52,050 nt of DNA from a virus (taxonomy: Duplodnaviria; Caudoviricetes): IMG/VR virus record IMGVR_UViG_3300031749_000006, positions 1 to 52,050 of that record. One strand, given 5' to 3'. Positions within the stretch are counted from its first letter, which is position 1, and each line of letters starts with the position of its first letter. Position numbers and translations under genes: made by a program. Under the pieces are notes generated by a model. It did not search any database and was not told the origin of the DNA. It worked only from the letters and a program-made list of their open reading frames with translations. Positions 45,768 to 52,050 of the stretch are shown one piece after another.

Positions 45768-47972
45768 TTAGGCCGCCGTCGTTTGCATCGGCATCGTAGC
45801 CAACCACTCGCGCAGCTTCGACCACCGCCGCCGGCCCGATACATTGCGCACCGCGATCGCCACCGCCTTCCGGCTGCCGACCAGGACGACCAGCCGCTTC
45901 CCGCGGGTGATGCCGGTATAGAGCAGGTTCCGTTGGAGCATGGCGTAGTGCTGCGTCAGGACCGGGATCACCACGGCGGGATATTCCGATCCCTGCGCCT
46001 TGTGGATCGTCGCCGCATAGGCCGGCACCAGCGCATCCAGATCGCCAAGGCCATAGGTCACATCACGCCCGTCGAACCGCACGGTGATCTCGGCTTCCTC
46101 CGTGTCGATCGCCGCGATGAAGCCGATATCGCCGTTGTAGACCTCGCGGTCGTAGTCGTTCTCGATCTGCATGACCTTGTCGCCGGGCGCAAAGGTCCAG
46201 CCGAATTTCTCGACCTTTGGCGTCGCCTCGCCATTCAGCGCGGCCTGGAGGTCGATGTTGAGCGAGCGGGCGCCGACGCCGCCGCGCGCCATCGGGCAGA
46301 GCACCTGGATGTCGCGCACCGGATCGAGCCCGAACCGGCGGGGGATGCGGGTCTTCACCAGATCGATGATGCGCGCGACGGCCGTCTCCGGGTCGTCGGC
46401 CTGGACGAAGTGGAAATCGCTCCCGGCCTCGGCGCGGGTCAGGTCCGGCATCTCGCCGCGATTGATCCGGTGGGCGCTGGTGATGATCCGGCTGGAGGCC
46501 GCCTGGCGGAAGATCTCGGTCAGCCGCACCACCGGCACCGCGCTCGAGCCGATCAGGTCCGCCAGCACTTGGCCGGGCCCGACCGACGGGAGCTGGTTCA
46601 CGTCGCCCACCACCAGCAGGGCGGCCGCCGCCGGGATCGCCCGGGTCAGCGCGTACATCAGCGGCACGTCGACCATGGAAGCCTCGTCGATGACCAGCAG
46701 GTCGCAGTCCAAGGGGTGATCCGGTCCGCGCCGGAACCCGCCGGTGCGCGGGTCGACCTCCAGCAGGCGATGGATCGTCCGGGCCTCGAACCCGCTCGCC
46801 TCGCTCATCCGCTTCGCCGCCCGCCCGGTGGGGGCCGCGAGCAGGATGCGCACGCCCTTGGCGGCGAGGATGGCGAGGATCGCCCGCATGATCGTGGTCT
46901 TGCCAACGCCCGGACCACCGGTAATCACCAGCAGCTTCGAGGCAAGGGCAAGGGTGACCGCCTGACGCTGGCTCTCGGCGAGCGTCATGCTGATCCGCCG
47001 CTCGACCCAGGGAACGGCTTTTTCCCCGTCGATCGCCGGCCAGGGCAGCGCGCCGGCCGCGACCGCCCGCAGCCGTTCGGCGATGCCGCGCTCGGCGTGC
47101 CAGAGGCCGGCGAGGAAGACGCAGTCCGCCTCGCCGACGCGATCGGCGATGACCGCGCCGTCGGCCAGTTCGAGATCGAGCGCGGTGCGGATCAGCGCCT
47201 CCGGCACCTCCAGCAGGCGCTCCGCGAGCGGGATCAGTTCCGCGACCGGCAGCCCGCAATGGCCCTCGTCCATCGCCTCGGACAGCGCGTAGCCGATGCC
47301 GGCGCGGACGCGGATCATCGCGGTCTTCTCGATGCCGAGCCTGCCGGCGATGGCGTCCGCCGTCTTGAAGCCGATGCCGCGGATGTCGCGCGCGAGCCGG
47401 TACGGGTTCTCGCTCATCACCCGGATGGCCTCGGCTCCATAGGTCTTGAAGATGCGCACCGCGCGCGCGGTGCCGACGCCGTGGCTGTGCAGAAACACCA
47501 TGATCTCGCGGATCAGCTTCTGCTCGGCCCAGGCGTCGACGATGCGCTTCGCCCGGACCTCGCCGATCCCGCCCACCTCGCGCAGCCGCTGTGGCGCACC
47601 TTCGATGATGTCGAACACCGCCTCGCCGAAGCCGCGCACCAGCTTCTTCGCATAGACCGGGCCGATGCCGCGGATCATGCCGGAGGCGAGATAGCGCTCG
47701 ATCCCCTCGGCCGTGGTGGGCGCCGAGGACTTCAGGAAGCGCGCCTTGAACTGCTGGCCGTGGGTGCGGTCGTTCACCCATTCGCCGGTGGCGGTGATCC
47801 ACTCGCCGGCGGCGATGGCGGCGGCGTGGCCGACAACGGTGACGAGGTCGCGGTGCCCGCGCGCCTTCACCCGCAGCACGGCGAAGCCGCTCTCGGCATT
47901 GTAGAACGTCACCCGCTCGACGATGCCGGCGAGCACTTCGCCAGCGGGCCAGGGCGCTTGGTGCTCGGTCAT
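45768..47972 (-). CDS. recD2: RecD2/TraA-family SF1 helicase
   Basis: VERVTFYN, GIGP HhH, ITGGPGVGKTT, APTGRAAKR, DEASM, AYA.TIHKAQGSEY, LLYTGITR. Confidence 0.93.
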   Translation of the reverse strand: MTEHQAPWPAGEVLAGIVERVTFYNAESGFAVLRVKARGHRDLVTVVGHAAAIAAGEWITATGEWVNDRTHGQQFKARFLKSSAPTTAEGIERYLASGMIRGIGPVYAKKLVRGFGEAVFDIIEGAPQRLREVGGIGEVRAKRIVDAWAEQKLIREIMVFLHSHGVGTARAVRIFKTYGAEAIRVMSENPYRLARDIRGIGFKTADAIAGRLGIEKTAMIRVRAGIGYALSEAMDEGHCGLPVAELIPLAERLLEVPEALIRTALDLELADGAVIADRVGEADCVFLAGLWHAERGIAERLRAVAAGALPWPAIDGEKAVPWVERRISMTLAESQRQAVTLALASKLLVITGGPGVGKTTIMRAILAILAAKGVRILLAAPTGRAAKRMSEASGFEARTIHRLLEVDPRTGGFRRGPDHPLDCDLLVIDEASMVDVPLMYALTRAIPAAAALLVVGDVNQLPSVGPGQVLADLIGSSAVPVVRLTEIFRQAASSRIITSAHRINRGEMPDLTRAEAGSDFHFVQADDPETAVARIIDLVKTRIPRRFGLDPVRDIQVLCPMARGGVGARSLNIDLQAALNGEATPKVEKFGWTFAPGDKVMQIENDYDREVYNGDIGFIAAIDTEEAEITVRFDGRDVTYGLGDLDALVPAYAATIHKAQGSEYPAVVIPVLTQHYAMLQRNLLYTGITRGKRLVVLVGSRKAVAIAVRNVSGRRRWSKLREWLATMPMQTTAA

Positions 47973-47984
47973 CCCCCGGTTCCG

Positions 47985-48659
47985 TCAGGCGGCCGGAAGC
48001 GGGGCAAGCAGGTCGGCGGCGTTGTTGGCTGGCCGGTTGACCCGTGTGCTCACCGGCCAGACAAGCAGCGTGTCCTCGGCCGCCGGGTGCAGCAGCGATG
48101 CGGCGTCGCCCTCGGTCTCGCCGAGCCATAGCGGCCAGTCGGGCGGCTCGACGATCACCGGCATCCGGTCATGGATGGGCGCCATGGTCGCGTTGGCGGC
48201 GGTGACGATGATGGCGAAGCTGCGCAGCACTTCGCCCTCGGGACTGCGCCAGCCTTCCCAGACGCCTGCAAAGGCCAGCGTCTCGCCGTCACGCCGGGCA
48301 ATCGCGTAGGGTTGCTTGGGTCCGTTCTCGCTGCGCTGCCATTCGTAGAACGCCTGCGCCGGGATCAGCGCCCGGCGGCAGGCGAAGGCGTCGCGGAACA
48401 TCGGCGAGGTCGCCACCGTCTCCGCTCGCGCGTTGATCGGCCGCCGCGCCGCCCGCAGATCCTTGGTCCAGTGCGGCACCAGGCCCCAGGTCAGCAGGTC
48501 GAGATACCGCTCGCCGGTTTCCGGGTGCCGCCGCACCACCATCGCCTGCTGACTCGGCGCGACGTTCCAGGACGGGGCGACGTTGGGGCGCGCGCCGGCG
48601 GTCCGAAACAGCCGGGCGATGGCCTCAGACGGCAGGAAGCTGGCGTAGCGTCCGCACAT
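47985..48659 (-). CDS. SRAP/YedK (HMCES-family) abasic-site processing protein
   Basis: MCGRY N-terminus, WGLVPHW, INARAET, FYEW, IHDRMPV. Confidence 0.93.
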   Translation of the reverse strand: MCGRYASFLPSEAIARLFRTAGARPNVAPSWNVAPSQQAMVVRRHPETGERYLDLLTWGLVPHWTKDLRAARRPINARAETVATSPMFRDAFACRRALIPAQAFYEWQRSENGPKQPYAIARRDGETLAFAGVWEGWRSPEGEVLRSFAIIVTAANATMAPIHDRMPVIVEPPDWPLWLGETEGDAASLLHPAAEDTLLVWPVSTRVNRPANNAADLLAPLPAA

Positions 48660-48669
48660 CTGCGCGCGA

Positions 48670-49320
48670 TCAGTGAAGCACCGGCCGGCGCGCCGGCAGT
48701 GCCGCCAGCATCTGCCTGCGTGCGCGGGTGCAGGACAGTACGGCTTCGTGCATCTCGTGCTCGGCGATGCGGGTCAGTTCCCGGAAATGACCGAGCGTGA
48801 CAACGATATCGTCAGAAACAGCCGGCTTGGTCGGGTCCTCCGCCAAGACCTGCGACGCTTCCAGCATCGCACGTATCTCCGCCAGGGTGCCGAGCGCCTT
48901 GTGTGCCCGTTCCGACAGGTCGAGGCTTTCCTTGTCGCCGAAAAGGCCTTCGACAAATCCCTCCAGCTCCTCGCGCCGCAGTCGGGCGAGCATTGCCATG
49001 CCTGCGCGCGTGGTGGGAACCTCCATGCGCGTCAGCCGGAACGGCGCCGAGCGTTCCTGATGGCGGGTGAGCCGGTTCCACAGGCCCATTACCAGCGCGC
49101 CGAGGAGCTCGTTGACGTCGTCGATATTGTCAAAAGGCGGCAATTCACCGCCCCATAGCGCCTTGACGTTCTCAATCGGCGAATCCCCAAGGCTAGGAGA
49201 GGCGATGTTGCCGAGGAAGCGCGTGCGCACGGCGTGGAACGGCACCGGGCAGTGGTAGCGATCGAGCAAGGCGCGCACCTCATCATCGCTTGCGGTCGGC
49301 GGTGTCGTGCGCTTGGCCAT
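48670..49320 (-). CDS. Hypothetical protein (216 aa)
   Basis: Tightly packed in the operon; helical protein-like sequence. Confidence 0.75.
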   Translation of the reverse strand: MAKRTTPPTASDDEVRALLDRYHCPVPFHAVRTRFLGNIASPSLGDSPIENVKALWGGELPPFDNIDDVNELLGALVMGLWNRLTRHQERSAPFRLTRMEVPTTRAGMAMLARLRREELEGFVEGLFGDKESLDLSERAHKALGTLAEIRAMLEASQVLAEDPTKPAVSDDIVVTLGHFRELTRIAEHEMHEAVLSCTRARRQMLAALPARRPVLH

Positions 49321-49324
49321 CGGC

Positions 49325-50728
49325 TTAACGTCCCTTTGGTTCGATCAACCCCCAGAACCCGTATTTCCGTCCATGCGCCTTCTGTAGCCGCGCGACGAAG
49401 GCTGCATGACTCTCGATCGATCCCGGCACCGGCAAGTGTGGCGCGAGACGCGCAGAGGATAGCAGATCGCGCGCGGCGTATTGGTACTGCTTCGATGAGC
49501 CGCGTTCGAGCACGCTCTCGATCAGGCGACGGTAGAGCAGACTGGCCGCTTCCGGGAACTTCTCTTCGAGGGCTTCCGCGGCCGGCCGCAGCACCTCATA
49601 GAGGCGACCGTCGAGCGCGGTCAGCCGCTCGCGCACCAGGCGGTCGGCGCGATCGAGCGCCCGCCATTCGATGAAAAACGCCAACCCCCGCGCGGCCTGC
49701 TTGTGCGCGGCGGCGACTCCGAGCGCCTTCTGTTCCGCCTCGAAATCCTCGAAATCCGGCAGGCGCTTCAGATAGGCCCGCAGATGGTCGGCGCTCAGGA
49801 AACGCTCGAAATGCCGCCAGCGGACCGCTTGCGCCTCGTCCTTGCGCCCGAGCGCCTCCAGCGCGGCGATCCGCAGATCGGTGTCGGCGCCATCATCGTC
49901 CTCGTCCTCGATGCGCCGGCGCGGCTTATCGAGCCAGTCCAGCGCCTCGGCCGGCCGGTTCGACGCAATCAGGCGCTCGGCGACATCCAGCGCATGCGTG
50001 CTCTCAATCTCGCCGGCGCGGATGGCGGCGATGAAGGCGTCGGCGTCGCGCTCAAGATCGGCGAGCAGCGCCAGTCGAAAGGCGAGATGGCGACGCTTCG
50101 CATCCGCGCGCCAGTCCTGCGGGCCGGAGGATTTTGGCGCTGCTTTCAGTGCGGCCTCGGTCGCGCGACGAATCTCGGCGCGTCCGCCCGCGGCCAGTGC
50201 CTCGGACATATGCCGAATCAGCGCGTCGGTCGCCCCGAAGCCGTCCCGCTCGCAGTATGCGAGCACCCGGCGAGCCAGCGCCTTCGTATCACCCCGAGGC
50301 TGCGTGGCCGAGAGCCGGCCGAGATCTTCCATCGCGGCGCCGAACACGTCTTCCACCTCGCCGATGCCGTCGCCGACGCGCTCCATCACCGCGTCCGCAA
50401 TGCCGATGAAATCCCACAGCAGTTCGATCGCCCGGGCGGCGTCCTGCTTGGCGAGCCGAGTCGCGATCGTCACCCGCAGATGGTCGAGTTCGTGCACCAG
50501 CGGCTTGCGCTTCTCCCAATCGACGAAGGAGCGGGAGCGGCCGATGGTTTTGATCCGTTTGTCGATCTCGGCGGCGAGCTTGCCCGGTCCCTCGGTGCCG
50601 GCGAGCAGCATGCCGAGCTTCTTGCGCAAGACCGGATCGGTCGCGGCGTGCGCCACCAGCACCTCGGCCAACGCCTCGGCGCCGAGGGCGGCCAGGGCTT
50701 CGGGTGTGACGGTTTTCGCGCGGGCCAT
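49325..50728 (-). CDS. DUF6880-like helical protein
   Basis: L.ALGAE.LA..L, LR.YLKRLPDFEDFEAE, HGRKYGFW; start at ATG 50728. Confidence 0.75.
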   Translation of the reverse strand: MARAKTVTPEALAALGAEALAEVLVAHAATDPVLRKKLGMLLAGTEGPGKLAAEIDKRIKTIGRSRSFVDWEKRKPLVHELDHLRVTIATRLAKQDAARAIELLWDFIGIADAVMERVGDGIGEVEDVFGAAMEDLGRLSATQPRGDTKALARRVLAYCERDGFGATDALIRHMSEALAAGGRAEIRRATEAALKAAPKSSGPQDWRADAKRRHLAFRLALLADLERDADAFIAAIRAGEIESTHALDVAERLIASNRPAEALDWLDKPRRRIEDEDDDGADTDLRIAALEALGRKDEAQAVRWRHFERFLSADHLRAYLKRLPDFEDFEAEQKALGVAAAHKQAARGLAFFIEWRALDRADRLVRERLTALDGRLYEVLRPAAEALEEKFPEAASLLYRRLIESVLERGSSKQYQYAARDLLSSARLAPHLPVPGSIESHAAFVARLQKAHGRKYGFWGLIEPKGR

Positions 50729-50736
50729 CGAGCGTT

Positions 50737-51144
50737 CTATCCGCCGTGCAGGGCGGCAACGACATCTGTCTGCCGGAACCGCTCGTCCCTGAACAGCAGG
50801 GGCAGGCCGACGGCTTGGGCCAGGGCGTAGGCAAAGCAGTCGCCCAGGGTCAGTGCGGCAGGCTCCCGGCCCGTGCCGAACCGGTTGAACGAATCGGCGG
50901 CGAGGTCCGCCTGCCACGGTGTGACCGCGGCGGTCTCGAAGTCGCCCTCGCGCAGCAGCCGTTCCAGGATCGTCCGACCGGGCGCACCTTTACGGCTCTC
51001 GATGGCGCAGGCGACCTCCGCCCGGGTCACCGCCGAGATCAGGCGAACTCGCGCGTCGGCGAGGGCAGCATCGAAGCGGGCGGCATCCGGTGCCCGAAGC
51101 AGGATGGCGATCAGCGCCGAGCTATCGACCACCATCAGCGCCAC
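50737..51144 (-). CDS. vapC: VapC PIN-domain toxin
   Basis: [24 protein letters not shown]...F..TD. Confidence 0.9.
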   Translation of the reverse strand: MALMVVDSSALIAILLRAPDAARFDAALADARVRLISAVTRAEVACAIESRKGAPGRTILERLLREGDFETAAVTPWQADLAADSFNRFGTGREPAALTLGDCFAYALAQAVGLPLLFRDERFRQTDVVAALHGG

Positions 51145-51392
51145 ATCCCGGCTGCATCACGCCCAGGCCGAGCATCCGTCTCAGGTGCGGCCACGTCAGG
51201 CAGCGCGGCGCACTGCTCGCCGATCTCGCGTATCCGGCCAGCGAGGCCGCCCGGATGGCCCCGGCGGATCCGCTCGCGGTCCAGCCGCTCGGCCAGCGCC
51301 CTGCGGATCGCCTCCGTAAGCGTTTCCCCGGTCAGCGCCGCCAGCGCCCGGGCGAGGCGGTCGGTCTCAGGGTCCTTCAGACTCAGGGCCAT
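51135..51392 (-). CDS. vapB: VapB antitoxin (Rv0623-like)
   Basis: [31 protein letters not shown]; overlaps vapC. Confidence 0.88.
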   Translation of the reverse strand: MALSLKDPETDRLARALAALTGETLTEAIRRALAERLDRERIRRGHPGGLAGRIREIGEQCAALPDVAAPETDARPGRDAAGMWR

Positions 51393-51625
51393 GTCGCGTT
51401 GTCGGTTCTATAGTTTCTGTGAATCTATAGATCGCCACATCAGGCGCGTCGAGCCACCGGAAGCCGCCATATCCGGGACTATGGACCGCCGAGAACGCGA
51501 TCGCCTAACCGGGGACGCGCCATCGAACGCTCAGATTCAGCTTGGAAAAGGCGTCCTCAGGGCTTCTCTAAGCAAAAGCGGCCTCGCACGGCCGCTTCGA
51601 AGTTCTTGATTTACCTGAGAAAATC

Positions 51626-51680
51626 TGGAGCGGGCGAAGGGATTCGAACCCTCGACCCCAACCTTGGCAAGGTTGTGCTC
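51626..51680 (-). other. 3' fragment (55 nt) of tRNA-Gly(GCC), att-like site
   Basis: GAGCACAACCTTGCCAAGGTTGGGGTCGAGGGTTCGAATCCCTTCGCCCGCTCCA; acceptor 5' strand and D loop are absent. Confidence 0.85.
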
Positions 51681-51935
51681 CCCGAGATTTTTGGAGCGAA
51701 ACAGAATGGTCCCATTTTGACGCAAACAGGTCTCATTATCTCGGAAGCGCGCGAGAGAATTTAACCTTTGGTTCCCCGATTCTAAGCTTTGGGAGCTCTC
51801 GTACTAACCTATGGTTCCATCCAGACCATGCCGAAGAACGCCGCCACGGGGCACGGATTCTCGTTTAACGTAAAACATTCTTATTATTTTGTGGACGATT
51901 CTCATTATTTCGGAGAATCCCCACTCCAGCCGCGG

Positions 51936-52050
51936 TCACACGTCGAGATTGGCGACCTTGAGCGCATTGCCGACGATGAATTCCCGGCGCGGTTCGACGA
52001 CATCGCCCATCAGGGTCGAGAAGATCTGGTCGCTGTCCTCGGCGTCGCCA
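51936..52050 (-). CDS. gyrB: DNA gyrase subunit B, 3' end (partial)
   Basis: [31 protein letters not shown]. Confidence 0.9.
   Translation of the reverse strand, partial: GDAEDSDQIFSTLMGDVVEPRREFIVGNALKVANLDV

Noticed and set aside
45663-48131. 822-aa plus-strand and 688-aa alternative-frame ORFs
   Set aside because: Shadows of recD2; Arg-rich with no motifs
51626-51680. Intact or intron-split tRNA-Gly gene
   Set aside because: No acceptor-stem 5' strand or D loop is found between 51681 and gyrB

Overview
GC-rich, probably alphaproteobacterial DNA with nested mobile elements. A complete-looking 38,331-bp Mu-like transposable myovirus prophage (2658..40988; TG...CA ends; 5-bp target duplication TCGGG) is inserted into a long parB-family gene. 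The two parB halves (1722..2657 and 40989..42178) rejoin in frame to 706 aa. That gene lies in an ICE/plasmid-type leading region (ardC, parB, DUF6878- and DUF6915-like genes, the last two with nonsense codons) that runs off the left edge. On the right it ends near a 55-nt 3' fragment of tRNA-Gly(GCC) beside the 3' end of gyrB. The prophage has the usual Mu order (repressor, ner, A, B, gam, gemA, mor/C, lysis, terminase, portal, F, G, I/Z, T, contractile tail, baseplate, fibres) but no recognisable gin or mom. Highlights: an uncharacterised two-gene cassette with an ART-like small protein; a stand-alone duplicate of the MuA N-terminal domain; a structured RNA candidate downstream of gpT; three activator-site late promoters that appear to give leaderless mRNAs; a MuF with an apparently dead ART domain; a domain-shuffled second fibre module; and covarying hairpin leaders on the ICE genes. 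Family assignments come from motif recognition by eye, not database searches.
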